This document shows positions 38,501-50,745 of a stretch of DNA of 64,000 bases, piece by piece. Position numbers and translations under genes: made by a program. Source of the DNA: Strigamia acuminata (lineage: Eukaryota); contig OX442314.1 of the NCBI GenBank assembly GCA_949358305.1, forward strand, positions 6,076,001 through 6,140,000, given 5' to 3'. The notes beneath the pieces were generated by a model. That model saw only the letters and a program-made list of their open reading frames with translations, did not search any database and was not told the origin of the DNA. The number at the start of each line of letters is the position of its first letter. Position 1 is the first letter of the stretch.

Positions 38501-39611
38501 GTCTATAATCGATGCAGAGGCGCGGTTCGGAGCCTGGTCGCATGACGAGGACAATCCTCATTCCATACTCTCCGATGGCGTGCGACACGATGCCTTTTTC
38601 GAGCAACTCATTGCACATTGTTCTTACGATGTGTCTCTTCTGGGGATTCATAGTCTTAAAAGGCACTCGTACCGGTTTGCCCGTAACCAATTCGATCTCG
38701 TGCATTACGTAACTTGTCTTCCCTGGATCCTTATTTAAGTTCTTCGAGTGCTTCTTGAGCATTTCCTCGAGGAGTTTCGTTTGTTCTTCTCCAAGATTGG
38801 CGTCTACTGCCAGATTATGTATTAAATTCTCCTCCTGGAGGATAGTATTAAATGATTTAAAATTATAGTCTTGGATGAACTTTTTAATTTCGCCTCCTCC
38901 CCATTCCTCGTCGTCCTTAGCTTTGTCTAGGAGTTCCGAAGGTATTATGGGTAGTCGTGGGTCCTCGTGGTTGTCGATGTAATTCCACGAACGTGTGACT
39001 GGGTTGGGCTGGATGTTCATCCGTTCCATCAAATCCATTCCTATCAGCAGGATTGTGTCTCGGGTTGGTAACACGATGAAGAAATGCTTAATCGTGCCTC
39101 CTTCCCATACGAAATCGGTTGATAACGTCCCCACTGCTCTAACTTCTCCCGCTGCCGTAAGAACTCGAATATTCTCGTTCATTCCCCGTAATTTTTTCTG
39201 TATTTTTTCTTCGAGTGATTCGAATAAGTCGGTGGAGATAAACGACTGATCCGCTCCCGAGTCGAGTAGTCCCATTAACACCTTTTTGCCGAAAGAGACC
39301 GGTATTTTAGCCAGTACGCTCTTCGCTTCTGTTGATAGGTTGCAACGAAGTATTCGCTTTTTAAGAGGATTGGCCCCTTGGTCAAGCGGTAAAGTCATGA
39401 AAGCGTTGGCTATGCCGTCTTCGTCTCTAATTTCGAATTTCCGTTTTTTGGTTGGAGTTGTGACTTCCTCGTTGGCAGCTTCCTCGAAAAATTCCAACAA
39501 TTTTTTCATTTCTTTAATTTGTTTTTCCACTAGTGTAAGGTCCATCATTTTTGAAGTTATCGCGAGCGGATGTGGAATTATTTTTGTTCCGCCCGCGAGT
39601 TCCAGTTTTTT
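35532..39611 (-). CDS. pol: Gypsy Pol (PR-RT-RH-IN), -1 frame relative to gag
   Basis: LLDSGA, YLDD, LHTDAS/ELECLAVVW, HHCC zinc finger, VDLMGP/SDNGPQF/NPVERLNR, GPY; frame open back to the slippery site at 39611. Confidence 0.97.
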   Translation of the reverse strand, partial: KKLELAGGTKIIPHPLAITSKMMDLTLVEKQIKEMKKLLEFFEEAANEEVTTPTKKRKFEIRDEDGIANAFMTLPLDQGANPLKKRILRCNLSTEAKSVLAKIPVSFGKKVLMGLLDSGADQSFISTDLFESLEEKIQKKLRGMNENIRVLTAAGEVRAVGTLSTDFVWEGGTIKHFFIVLPTRDTILLIGMDLMERMNIQPNPVTRSWNYIDNHEDPRLPIIPSELLDKAKDDEEWGGGEIKKFIQDYNFKSFNTILQEENLIHNLAVDANLGEEQTKLLEEMLKKHSKNLNKDPGKTSYVMHEIELVTGKPVRVPFKTMNPQKRHIVRTMCNELLEKGIVSHAIGEYGMRIVLVMRPGSEPRLCIDYRPLNAITVIDPIQMPSIEAILRELAPFNWVTTMDLSKGYWQVELREEDKEKTAFWAPQGRLMFNVMPFGLVNAPATFQKLIEKVLGDALHKYAWAYLDDIVIVSQTFTDHLMHVNDVMERLTKAGLNIHPGKSKFCRKELAFLGYTVGTGGLSIDPKKTQAISQFPAPEDVKGVQRFMGMVNFFNRMLPNLADVAAPITDLLRNDKDFEWTDHCETSFNKIKQMLIDVKRIPLPDLNREFTLHTDASRIGLGAALLQRHDIDGVELEVPTMFISRKLQAAEKNYNATELECLAVVWAIRKFRPYLEFTKFNVQTDHEALKWLMALKEPSGRMARWQLELMACDLIIEYRPGKFNVVADALSRAPASDPEDETDCGEDDSRLFYCPNPVRKWEFKKLNELPKEKLESGDQNYYNYWLRAYQSVKDAHPEYELTIEPRISDKYVRAFVAHVSKGTNSKPPTRDELIAAQMTDDFCKTYRDFITDKKFPDKNFDEIQREEFEREASTYLIEDGLLLKHHPNFRDDLTETGTSMKVVIPRSLLTRFLWMVHGHPLAGHSGVARTIYRANQLYFWPKMTRDIVRFIHHCPRCQACKPRTPKNYERISLGPFAPFDCWSVDLMGPKPTSSNKNKYILVIMDVATGWPELFPMERPTKQKIIRCLYEVALHFGFPRKLISDNGPQFASNLYKDFCKKFDIETSYTSTYNPRANPVERLNRDIKYALAIFTDVHSSWDEYLREIAFSIRTTISRNRKFSPAFLNFARELRVPWDPRIPEEILEIDPEKPHIYVDRLEQIISATYQHMMSHIFDMRDRISIAGKDRPFCNFKVNDLVWKDTHIQSSADKGIHAGLADKRDGPYVILEAHGGNAFKLKRLADNVNFRSIHARELTPYLPEFPQEAWTEYQTKPAQNPIIRDMFLDEQTGPTNLVQDELHETADAPDEISEREEIVEESPKKGKQSNKKKTTGIPKPDKIYGMRRHKPNPFIKDGKLVGKQ
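39560..39611 (-). promoter_or_regulatory. -1 ribosomal frameshift signal (A AAA AAC plus downstream stem/pseudoknot)
   Basis: AAAAAAC at 39611-39605 in gag frame; TCGCGGGCGGA/TCCGCTCGCGA stem plus TGGAA/TTCCA complementarity. Confidence 0.8.
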
Positions 39612-42457
39612 GACATACTGTCGAATTTGGCGGTGAGTTCCTTCAAGACTTTTTCTTGCTCCTTAGCGAGCAATCTCACTAGCTCTTCTCTCTCTGCGGC
39701 CTTGTCGTCGGCTTTTTTCTTTGCTAATTTCGGGCAGGTCTGACGCCAGTGGCCGTCCTCGTTGCAGAAATTACAAGGGCTTTTCTTCTTTCCCTCCCGC
39801 ACAAAAGGTTTTTTGGGGTAGTCTTTCTTCTCAGAAGTCGCCTCTGTTTTCGGGTTGTGATGCTCCGATTTTCTGGACTTCATCTGAGGTCGGTAGCTGG
39901 GTGCCAGTTCCTTCCCCATGTTTGCATGTACAACCTCGTTGATACCTTCGTCGACCTCATCGCTTTCCGAGAATTGCTCAGAATCTTCGCTTATTTCGTC
40001 TTCCGACTTTTCCTCGGCGGCGTTAGTTTGCGTGCGATAGGCCTTATTTGGAGGTGGTAACGGGTTGGAAGCTTGTTGGTTTTTCTTTGAGGGGAGTGGC
40101 TCTATACTTCCGTTTAGATAATTTCGCGATTGGAGCAGCTTAGTGGAGTCTATGCTGCGTTCCTGTATTCGTTGCTGTCGAGCCACTCCTAGAGCTCGTT
40201 CTTCTTTTGTCAGATTTTCGTTATACCGAGCATTTACTTCGGTGTGTTTTTTCTCGACGAAAGCGAGGATGGCTTTGAAATTATCCCCTTTAGGAGCGTT
40301 CATTTCTCGTAGGACTTTGGTTGCGGTTTCGTTTAGTCCTTGTTCGAAGAGAGCTTTCTGAGCGTGTTGGTCAAATGGTTTGTCCATTTCACGGAACAGG
40401 CTGTCGGCTCGTTGTACGTACTCCCTCAGAGTTTCCCCGGGAGCTTGCTTCATAGAGCTTACTCTTTTCTGGATTTCTTGGCTCGTCTCGCCATATTGAT
40501 TGTGGAACTTTATGACGAAGTCTTCCCAGTTTCGGGGTTGGACATCAGCGTACCAGTTTCGGGCCCGGTTTATCAGCATTTCTGGTATTCCGCGTGCAAC
40601 CATTTCGTCGGGTTCCGCTCCTAGACGATTAATCGTCAGGGCGACTTCGTCCAAAAACAAGTTGCCAGCGTTCCAGGATCCGTCGAACTTAATTAGTCTC
40701 AGGGTCGTCCACTTGATGTTGTTATCCTTGCGAGAATACAGCCATCGGTCCGCGGAGTAACGTTTCAACAATCCTTCGCTTCGATCGTCTTCCTCGGTCT
40801 CTTGGCCACGGCTCTGTTGAAGTTTTTGGTCCATGGCTTGAAGGAGTTCGTCTTTCATCGTCCGTAGTTGGTTGCTTAGCGAGTCAGTCTCACTAGGCAG
40901 CGGTGATGATCGTGGATTGTCGGAAGGGAGGCTTGGGTAATGCGTACCGTTGCCTGTCAGTCCGAATTGATTGTGTTGGAACGACGTTTGTCCTGATGAT
41001 CCCACGGCGTTCGGATTATTCGTGAGGTCTTGCGCTACCGTTGAGTTATCGGGGTTCGATTTTTCCGGAGCGGAGGTTCGGCTCAACTTTGTTCCGGGCG
41101 GTATCAGATCGTCCAGTCGGGTCCCCGTGAGGCCTTCGTTCGTTTTTTTGATAAAAACATAGGAGTCTCTTCCAGCATATGCTTCGGCGGCGTGCTTCTT
41201 TTCGAGGTGATTTTTAACTGCGTTAATCTCCTCGAGCGTCGGCATGGCCAGTTTATTTCGACCTGCTTCGTTGCGTATCTGGTTCTTCTGATTTATACAT
41301 CTGATTAGTTCGGCGTTAGGGTCGCCTGAGTTGGTATTACTGGTTTGGCCAGTTTTCATTGCAAATGAGTTTTTTATTGCCCATGATTGCGCGCCCTGAT
41401 TATTCCTCCTATCCTGTATAAACGCCTCGTATAGTTCTCCTTTGACTTCGTCCGATTCGTTCAAGATGCTATCTAGTCCGTTGACTCGGATACTGCCGTG
41501 AGATGCTTGAGAGTCGATACTTTCACTGTCTGACGTTGCTTCGCCGCCGGTCTCGGACTGCTGTCGATCCGCTCCGACCCGACGTCGTTTCTCCCCGCGT
41601 CTGGCCGTGTTTTCTGCCGATCTTTTTTCAGTCCTCTGATTTACCAGGTCGATTACCCGGCTTAGTTCTGCGTAAGGATCCTTGTCCTGATCGATCTCGA
41701 TGCCGTGTGCGCAGGCCACTCGAGTTACTTCTATTGCTTTGGCTACCAGCTCCTTAGCTGTGTGAGACCGTTCTGGGGAGCTCTGTACGGAGTTTGGCTC
41801 CGAATGCTGGCTTAACCCGTTGCTTGGTGGCCGGATCTGGTAGTCCTTTGCCATTTCTCGTTCGATTATTCTTTGCTTCGCGAGCAATTCTCGAGCCAGC
41901 TCGCGCTCCATTGCCATTTGCTTTTCTTGGCTTTCACGGGCGGCCGCCATCTGCTTAGCTTGACGTTCTTGTGCCAAGTTCTGTTCCATGGCAGCTAATT
42001 TCTCGCGATGCTCTCTGGCTAAATCTTCCATCAATTCGTTTTTCTTCTTTTCCAATGCGGCTGTTCTCGCTTGGTCGGCTCGGGTAGCCTCGTTGATAAT
42101 TGCGGCGCCTGTGCTTGCCGCTTTATTTAGAAGAGTCATTAGATCCATTTCACTGGGATCCTTTTCGACTGGTCTGGGGCTTTTCAATCCGAATCGAGGG
42201 TTTTCGAACGATTTATTTAGTCTGTTTTCTTCGTGAGAGCTTCCTGATCCTTCGAATTCGCCTCCCGTGAACGGAAGTTGTCTTGCAAGGGGAAGGCCTT
42301 CACTTGATGATTCCGTTGAAACTTCAGTCGAGTTAGTCTCGACTTCTGGTTCCACGTGGTTCGCTTCTTCCGCTTTTTGGCGTTCGATTTCTTCGGCTTC
42401 CTTTCTCTCTTTTTCGTCGTTACGCCTTTTTCTGTCTTCCGCGGTAGTTTTCGTCAT
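39578..42457 (-). CDS. gag: Gypsy Gag, 959 aa, CCHC zinc knuckle
   Basis: Follows the PBS; capsid-like region (KFDGS...MKQAPGETLREYV); CNFCNEDGHWRQTC; long N-terminal coiled-coil/disordered part. Confidence 0.93.
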   Translation of the reverse strand: MTKTTAEDRKRRNDEKERKEAEEIERQKAEEANHVEPEVETNSTEVSTESSSEGLPLARQLPFTGGEFEGSGSSHEENRLNKSFENPRFGLKSPRPVEKDPSEMDLMTLLNKAASTGAAIINEATRADQARTAALEKKKNELMEDLAREHREKLAAMEQNLAQERQAKQMAAARESQEKQMAMERELARELLAKQRIIEREMAKDYQIRPPSNGLSQHSEPNSVQSSPERSHTAKELVAKAIEVTRVACAHGIEIDQDKDPYAELSRVIDLVNQRTEKRSAENTARRGEKRRRVGADRQQSETGGEATSDSESIDSQASHGSIRVNGLDSILNESDEVKGELYEAFIQDRRNNQGAQSWAIKNSFAMKTGQTSNTNSGDPNAELIRCINQKNQIRNEAGRNKLAMPTLEEINAVKNHLEKKHAAEAYAGRDSYVFIKKTNEGLTGTRLDDLIPPGTKLSRTSAPEKSNPDNSTVAQDLTNNPNAVGSSGQTSFQHNQFGLTGNGTHYPSLPSDNPRSSPLPSETDSLSNQLRTMKDELLQAMDQKLQQSRGQETEEDDRSEGLLKRYSADRWLYSRKDNNIKWTTLRLIKFDGSWNAGNLFLDEVALTINRLGAEPDEMVARGIPEMLINRARNWYADVQPRNWEDFVIKFHNQYGETSQEIQKRVSSMKQAPGETLREYVQRADSLFREMDKPFDQHAQKALFEQGLNETATKVLREMNAPKGDNFKAILAFVEKKHTEVNARYNENLTKEERALGVARQQRIQERSIDSTKLLQSRNYLNGSIEPLPSKKNQQASNPLPPPNKAYRTQTNAAEEKSEDEISEDSEQFSESDEVDEGINEVVHANMGKELAPSYRPQMKSRKSEHHNPKTEATSEKKDYPKKPFVREGKKKSPCNFCNEDGHWRQTCPKLAKKKADDKAAEREELVRLLAKEQEKVLKELTAKFDSMSKNWNSRAEQK

Positions 42458-42531
42458 TTTCTTGCGATATAATGATCGGTCGAAAGATCCCGGTTATTAT
42501 TTAAAGTTTTGTCGTAAGGTTAGCAAATTCT

Positions 42532-42549
42532 ATCCCGGACGGGCCCCCA
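42532..42549 (-). promoter_or_regulatory. Primer-binding site, tRNA-Pro
   Basis: TGGGGGCCCGTCCGGGAT, one mismatch to the canonical tRNA-Pro PBS TGGGGGCTCGTCCGGGAT, 2 nt from the 5' LTR. Confidence 0.9.
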
Positions 42550-45500
42550 CGTGTCGTGATTCGACTTTGTGGTTAAAGATAATAAATAATACACTCGGGA
42601 ATACAATATACTTCAAATACTGCTTTATTAAAACACGCTTACTAATACAAATATAAGTTAAGATGTTTCCTGTGGTGGTCCTCGGATTCGGCTGCGAATA
42701 CGAGTTGCCGCTAAACAATGGCGGATCCAATTGTTTAGTCCTACGCGTGGTCTGTGTTTGTTGTCTAGGGTATTTCCACGTGTTATTATGAACACGCGAG
42801 AATTCGCTTTCTCGTGCGAATTAAACGAATATCGTTCGGATATTTATTCTAGCGTAGTTTGGCTACGCTAAATAAATGTGGCTGTTGTACAGTTGAATGG
42901 TCAGCGGGCACCGGTCCTCGATCAATCCGTGAAACGGCCTGAAAGGTGAGGTAAATGGTGCTCTTGCTGAAATGTGGTAACTGTAGTGTCGTTTCCGGTC
43001 AGGCATTGGTGTTATATATTAACCGGAAATGACGTCATATGCAAATCCTTCTGATTATGCAGGTTCGCAGAAACACGAGACTAGTCAGTCTAATCGGTAT
43101 TTCTAGCGCGCTCTAGTGGCGAGTATTAATAACATGATAATCGTCACTAATTACTTCTTCAGGTGATGCCGAATCACCACAATCTTAGCGGATGAAACAT
43201 CGCTCACAACTAGCTAGGATGACTTTAGATCGTCTTAATACTGGAGCCAATCGATTCCCCGGCATAAAAGTAAACTATTCGATTTTTTTTATCTCTTCGA
43301 ATTCGACAGACGAGAATCGGAAAGCAGTCGCTCAAAGCGACGCGATTTGGCAAACAGGGACAGAAACACGACGAGGAGGCATCAGACCTTCGAACCAACA
43401 ACGGTGTGACGGTGACGACCACAACTCCCATTTAACAATGGTACCGGGAAGAGATCGCAATAAATAAACAGTGAATACAATACGAGATAAATACAAGACA
43501 GTTTATTGTTGGTAAACAATAATATCAAGGCTAAATTATACATAGGACTAATGCCGACATTTGGCAAGTTAAATCAGCTATTAAACTATACAAAGAATTG
43601 GCCAACTGGCCCTAGAATAATATCACTACGGGTCTGGAATATGGGAGCGGTTTCCCCATCGCTCGACCTGATTATAGATGTCATCTTAAGCCGGATGGCT
43701 GTGTCCTGGAGTCCGATACGGCTTCGCTGGTTTCCTTGGTTCGCTGTGTAAACTATCGCACGTCGATAAATCGAATGATCTGAGCATTGCGGTTGACTTT
43801 GTCTGCACCGCCACAACTTTGGGAGGATATTGGTGTAAGTAAATGTATTCATTTACTTATCAATATTCCACTTATGAATTATATTTAATTCATATCGTTG
43901 TGAATTCTTATTTAGATATTTTTGTGGATAAGTTGTCATCAACTTATCAGTTACATTTGCGTCTTTGATGTAATCGTGATCGTAATTAAGTCTTCTGACT
44001 TGGTTAATCAACTTGTCGCCAAGTTAATATTTAGCTGTTATAATAAAATGAAGATTAGGCTTCCCGTCGCAACACACAATTGCCGTCGAAAGAATATACG
44101 CCTTGCCATGCAGAACGGTATCAAGCGTCCCCGGCGTCGCAGCACGGTCGTCCATCGAGTGGTTGACGGTACCACGTACACAGGGGTCGATAGCTCGCGG
44201 CTCCGCACAGCAGTTTTATCTCTCGCGGTACTAATAATAGACCGACTGCTTTGGCATCGAATACCATGAGAATCAGCTTGCCAAACACTTGGTGCTACTC
44301 GTGGTTACTGTAAAACAGACTGCTTTGGCACCATCAGGTGAAGGAACCGATTCTCAACAATACCGATGCTACTCGTGGTAACGGAATACGTTCATACCGA
44401 AAAAGACAACTTGGTCCTGTCCGGAGGATACTGAATTGCACAACGGCGGGTTCTCCTTCGGCGTCGCAACCGTAGACTGTAACATTTATGCAACATAATA
44501 ATCCCAGCACTTCGACTTCAATTGCCGGCGGTGGCATGATTCTGTAGAATCATGCAACGGTTCTTTGCGAATAAATCAACAAAGAACCAAAAGGTTTTTT
44601 TACGTGAACAACGAATCATACTTCTTAAGTAACAATACCAAACAGAAATAATCAAACAGAGCTCCAGAATGGCCGGTTGTTTGGGTTTATATAACCTGAC
44701 TGGATTAAGGATTAATCCAGTTATCCAATTGGAACATGGGTTCCACGAATCCCTCCAATCCCGTATCACCGGAAGTGGATACGGAGGAACAATGTGCTAA
44801 TTCTCACCACAACCGGAACTGGATACCCAGGACCGGAAATGGATCCACCAATCAGATCTATTGGTTGATCGATTGATCACCAAATGTCCTGTCCCGCAGA
44901 AAATGGAAGTTACATTGTATTTAACATCACAAGACATTAATATATCTTTATATTAATGTTCACAAAGCTTCGTTTCATTCTAGTAAATATAGTTTTATAT
45001 TTATTTACATGTTTTATATTCATATCTTGAATTTGCCGCTAAATCGTAATCGCGCCATCTTGTGGCAACATTGCGCATTGACAAATGCGGTTTTAGCAGA
45101 CGACTCTTCGTGATTCGGCCGGAATCCTTTGATATCAAGTAGGAATGAGTGTTTATTCTTAATAAACGAACATCTTTGTATTTGAAACATCATAAATAAC
45201 TTTATTCCAGACATTTATCAGTTTTACACAGAATATCTTCGAGATATCATGATAATGGCGCAACAGCGCTTCTTTCTAAGAAAATAGGCATTTATAGCCA
45301 TTGTAAACCGTCACACATCCCCCTTAATAACACAATTATATAAAATTTTATAGAGTTTTCGTTATTCTCCTAATTAGCATAAATGCTATTTTCGGACTTG
45401 ATGTATCTTGGAGATACCGTGACTTCCAATTTCGAATTTGAGCTTACATAAACTAACTTGAATTATCTAAGTTCTGATTTTCTGCCGAAATAATCTTTTC

Positions 45501-45909
45501 TAATAGCCTAAATTCAAGTCCAGAATTTATTTCCAAGTCTTCTTTTTGAAGAAACTTTCGTCATACATAAAATCATCATTTGTGTTATCACAAAATATTT
45601 ATTTCATATGCCTAGTCAGATGTATCGCTATAAATATACAATAAATAGCTTTTAGATGATAAGAGTTGACAATTAAGAAATCATAATTGTCCCCCTTAAT
45701 TGTCATGACCGGAGTCACTTGGTATTCTTTGTACAATTGACTAATTTAATTAAACTAGTTGTCTTAATAATGTAGCATTACTTTTCAAAATTTTGTTAAT
45801 TCTAACTTTTATATTTTGTCCCCCTTTTCTTTAGAAGAGAGGTCATGATTTTTAGAAGAGGATTTTCTGTTTACACTATAATCGGGGAATCTTTGTGTAT
45901 CATATCATG

Positions 45910-47391
45910 TTAATCAACATGATTCTTTGCTAAATATTGAGCTCGCATATTTGCAAATTTCCGAGATCTCTCAGCCTGCTGTACTGATTTCTTTCGACGT
46001 TTTTTCTTTGGGCAGTTACACACAGTGTACTCACTTGGCAGTGTAAATGACCGTGACGACCCAACTTTTTGTTTTAGGTCATCTCTGGAAAACCATACAT
46101 GAATGGGACCCTCATTGGAAAACCATACGTGGAAAGGACCCATATTTGGAATTGTGAAATCCCGCAACAAACGAGGGGATCTATATTTGACTCTAAGTCG
46201 TGGAACTGATGATTGGAAACCTGGGTTTTCAGTCAGTTTTTGAACATGTTGGTTTGTACTTGAAGTTTCTTCATCACCAGCTGGACTTGGTGACCGAAAA
46301 CGCTTTTTTGAAGTTCTTTATTCCTCTCGTTGAGATGAATTATTCTGGATATTGCAGGGTTGCTTTCCAGACGCAAATTGTTGTATCTCCGTCAGATTGA
46401 CGACTGGGACGGGTTTTAGTCGTTGGTTACGGTATTGATTTCGAAATACGAATTGTTGCGCTTCGTTTATATTTTTAAATTCAGCTGAATTTAACTGGTA
46501 TTGTTTACAATACTGTTCGAATTGATACCGGATCTCCCGTGGGTTAGTCAAAAAACTTTCTTTTTTAGGTTTAAAATCATTCTCATTATCGTGTTGGTAA
46601 TACTTTTTCAAGGGAAAAGTTTGCTTGACCTTTTTTCGATTTGAAATGGGCGTTAGGTAGAATTGTCTTGGCTGGGGACTCTTCTTGGTAGACAAATCAT
46701 ACGTCCGCAAACATGAGTTTGTGATCGGCGATCGGGCACGTTGTTGTACGTTATTTGACTGTAAATGTTTGTTTGGAGTCCGAATATCTTTCCTTTGCGT
46801 TGATATTGGTGGCCCAAAACTTTTGTTTACGGTTCCCAATTCTTTTGATAGCGGTAGGTTAATCGACAGATTAAGGCTAGCCACATATTGTTGTGCTTCA
46901 GCTGGATTAGCATATCGAACTGAAATTAGCTGATCTCGATTGTAAACGAGTTTTAATTTGTTCTGAACAACCGACTGGTTAGTTAACGAACTCTCTGGAC
47001 GAGAATTATTAGGTTTATAATTCTCTTCCCCCTTATCTACCGAATTAGGTGGTTTAAACTTTTCTAACTTAGATCCCCTACTGGATGTTTGAAACATAGT
47101 ATGAGAATCTTGATTCACTAAGTTTCGGCTGTATGTTTGTGGATTCCGTACTGGATCTTGATGTGAAGATTGAGATTGGGTACGATCTCGCCAGTTCCTA
47201 GCTTTTACATAGTCTGAAGCTTCGATTATATTTTTAAACTTGGTTTTATCCAGTCCATGACGATTACAATACAGAGTAAAATGATCGGGAATCTTTTCTG
47301 TTTGATCGCCAAGTGGTATAGAACTTAAATTTAAGTTTGTCTGCTTATTATTTCCTTTTGGATCGATCATATTCAATGGTTTTTGAGCCAT
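45910..47391 (-). CDS. Orphan ORF of the LARD-like element (~490 codons with one frameshift near 46330)
   Basis: ATG 47391; 46318-47403 ORF plus an overlapping -1 frame open to 45910; internal repeat FTLYCNRHGLDKTKFKNIIEA / FEQYCKQYQLNSAEFKNINEA; basic C-terminus. Confidence 0.55.
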
Positions 47392-50300
47392 AAAAAAATT
47401 CAAAATCTGACGATTTTAATTCTTTAATTTATAAAGAAGACGAATATAATACACTTTTCAACAAGAAACACTTCTAAACTTTACTTTTGACAAAATAAAA
47501 TTAAACTTCGCGTTTGTTTGACACGTGTTAGCTTTTGCAGGTTACACGGCACACAAAATTCGAATCGTGACTGAAATCGGGACGGCGTGGTCAAGATGAC
47601 TCTGGAACACGTCTTCTGGTCTGGTCTGGATGCGAATGATCAGTATCTGATCTGGTCCTCCTTTAATAGCAGGGGGCTGGGGATCCCTAGATCTCCCAAC
47701 TTCTGATTGGCGGATGTTAGTGTCGGCCAATGGTATAAAGGACGTTACATCTATTTAGTAGTTCTCTACTAAGTCCGTTCCCTTCGAGATTCAATTTTAC
47801 CGATAAAATAAAATTCCTTCGGGAAGACATTCGTAAAATATTGTATTTTTCAAATGAAAATAAAATAAACTTACTTCAATCTTCTTGAACTTTGGGATTT
47901 TTACCAATCCAAATAATTAAATAACTTTTCTTCAAAAAATATTTTTTTTCTTTTAATTATTCCGTTAGTGTGTGATATCGTTACAACCACAACTTTAATA
48001 AAGTTTTCTCAAACTCTCAATTTTTCTTATTCTTATTCAATTATCGTTCAAATAATCATTCCTTTGTAATTGAAATCTATTTTCGATTCCCAACATTGTG
48101 TATTCATTTCCAATAGGAAGAATAATTTGACCAAGTCTTTACTTTTTCGGGTTTAAATTCCATTTTTCGAGTGTGAAAAAATAAATTTTCACCATCCATC
48201 TCCCCCTTTTTTAACAAATTTTTTTTAACAAATAAAAATTCGTTAAAATTCTTTAAATTTGTTTTGCGAGAAAAATTATCTAATTCTCTAATCTTCCAAA
48301 AGAAAATATTCGAAATTTTACTTTAAACGATAAAGTTATTGGTACAAATGTGTACTTGTTTTTCGGGAGAAAACTATTCGACAATCCTTTAGACTTTTGG
48401 GTAAAAATTATTCATCAAATCTTTCTTTTTTGATGACAATTGCTTTGATTTTTCGAAAGAAAATATCTAGCTAAATTCCACTTTTCCTGAGCGGACAATT
48501 GTTTTCACAATTAGTTATTCCTTTGCGATATTTACGAAGGACGTGTCTTTGATTATTCGTTTTAATAATTTTCGTCCCCCTTATCTCTAATAACGAGATG
48601 TTTTTGCAGAGATCTTTTATCTTTTGAATGAAAGAATATTTAAATCTCAATTGTCGTAAATACCTTCATCTGCTGCAGCATTTCCTCAATTTGAACTTTT
48701 CAAATGAAAAGACAAATCTGGAGAACTTTCACTGTCAAACTTCTATTCCTATCGCGCCAAAATTCGTAATTCACTGTTTTGGAATTCCGTATAACACGTG
48801 ACACAATAACAGTATCGATGTCACAATTAAGCAGTTTACTACTCGGTCCGCGCGAGGACATGTAAATTACTTTTTTCCGATAAAAATAATTTTTCTTTGA
48901 AAAATATTTGAAATTGATTTTTCACAACTACTTTTGAATGAAATAAAATGAAGTTATTCCAACTTTTCGTTAATTGCTCACACATAACATTCCCTTTACT
49001 GTGGGATTTGCATCGAAATTCCATTTTTAAAGAACCTTTCTTTTACTTATCGCAAATAAAACATATTCAATCGTTTTTCTGATTAAACTTTAACACGTAA
49101 ATTACGAACGAAATATATGATGACATTCCATTAACCTTTAGGAAAAATTGACTAAATTCTTAATTTTTAGAGAAAAATAATGTATCTAGAATCTTTCCTT
49201 TTCCGAATAAAATCTATGTTCAAAATAGAAGATAAATCTTGTGCAATTCTTAGTTTTTTCGAATGGAAAAATACAACTTTTCATCAGCGGTGATTTATTT
49301 GATTTTTCCGAAAGAAAAATAATTACTTTGAAACTTATTTTCTTCGTTTAAATCAGCTATCTGATTTTAAAGCTTCAATCCAATTAAAAAATATTCGCTC
49401 CGTAAATATTTCATGTGGCAAAGTTCATAGCCACAAATGGATTTGTTATTCCGGTTTTAAGAAATCATGTGGGAAAATGTCCGATTAGATTACTAAAAAT
49501 ATTCGTTGTTTTTCAAACAGCTAAATTTCATTTAGAAATTCTCAAAATTTGGGAGACCCAAATATCGTTGGAAACTTAAAACACTGTTAAATTTCCGAAA
49601 GGAAAGATTGAATGAAATCCTTTTACTTTTCCGAGGGAAAGCGTTTATCGTGATTCGTAACTTTCAATGTAAAAAATACTATTCTACGTGGTCGGCAACT
49701 TCATTCGCCGCCATTTTATATTTTCTTAATTTCCATTGTCCCGAAGGAAAAAATGTACTTTTTGTGAAAATAGTTAATTCCTTCAAATAAAGGTAATATT
49801 CATTTCGATTTGCAAATTTTTTCTGCGAAATGGAGTGTGTTGTTTTTCTCCAACAACTAAATTATCTTTGGTACCGATGGCAGTGGAAAAATTAGTTCGC
49901 GACACTTAAATAAATCTCTACGAACCTTCTGTAACATTTCTCCGCTGTCTTTTATCTGTTGTCCGCCATAATTTCCAAGCATTCGTTCGCACCTTGCGTT
50001 GAAGGTTTGAGTAGCTTCCCTGCTGCGTTTGATACGGAGATCGACGCGTATTGCTATGGCGCGTGGTCGCTGGCTATCGGTGTCGACGTACAGTTACAAG
50101 AAACTTAATTTCTTGTAAATATTTCCAAATAGTTGCGGTGTTTTCTTCGTTTTAACTTTTCAGGTGGAAAGATAAATTCGTAAGAAGTCCGCCTTCTAAA
50201 CTTGTATGTTTTTAGCTTTTCGAAATAAAACAAACTTCGAAAAAAATATCTGTATTCTTATTTCACTCGAAACTTTTTTTTGATTTCTTATTTAAAATAC

Positions 50301-50745
50301 TTCGTATTCCTTAAATTGTCGAACGAAAATAGTAAAGAGAGTTCACTAAACGTTTCCATTTCGTCAGTTTAACTTTTCACATGAAAATATAAACTGAAAA
50401 TCTATTTGTCTGTTTTAACTAAAATTTTTTTTGTTAATATCGGATTCAAGATTCGCTTTTGCAATTCGATCGAATTAATTTGCAACCTATTTCAGTGATC
50501 GTGTGATAGGTCTATAACTTCCGAAATTCCTAGTTAACACTAGAACGGCCGGAATTTCGGCCTACCTAGAAAGGCCAAAACCGGTCATAATGACCGGTTA
50601 TGTTCAAATGATGTTTTCATCAATTTTTAGCCAATGAAACAATTCCAAATTGTTTCCTCGGTCCTGCTACATTGTTTCCTCTGCCCTGCCACGTGTTTAT
50701 TCGTTCATTATTCGCTTTTTCTCCGTTGTAAACCAGCACTAGAAG

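Larger units (their letters stand above)
31373..43181 (-). mobile_element. Full-length, apparently intact Ty3/gypsy LTR retrotransposon (11.8 kb) with extra 3' ORFs
   Basis: 630-bp LTRs 31373-32002 and 42552-43181 (2 differences seen); TSD ATCT; empty site at 2759-2762 in the paralogous segment; PBS, PPT GGGGAGGGA, intact gag and pol. Confidence 0.97.

Noticed and set aside
42532..42549. tRNA-like sequences (also 53877-53894, 25203-25216)
   Set aside because: Only 14-18-nt complements of tRNA 3' ends (PBS), not tRNA genes.
43506..45214. Seven small ORFs repeated identically at 53998-55706
   Set aside because: Identity just reflects the LTR duplication; they are not visibly conserved in the related LTR at 210-2122.
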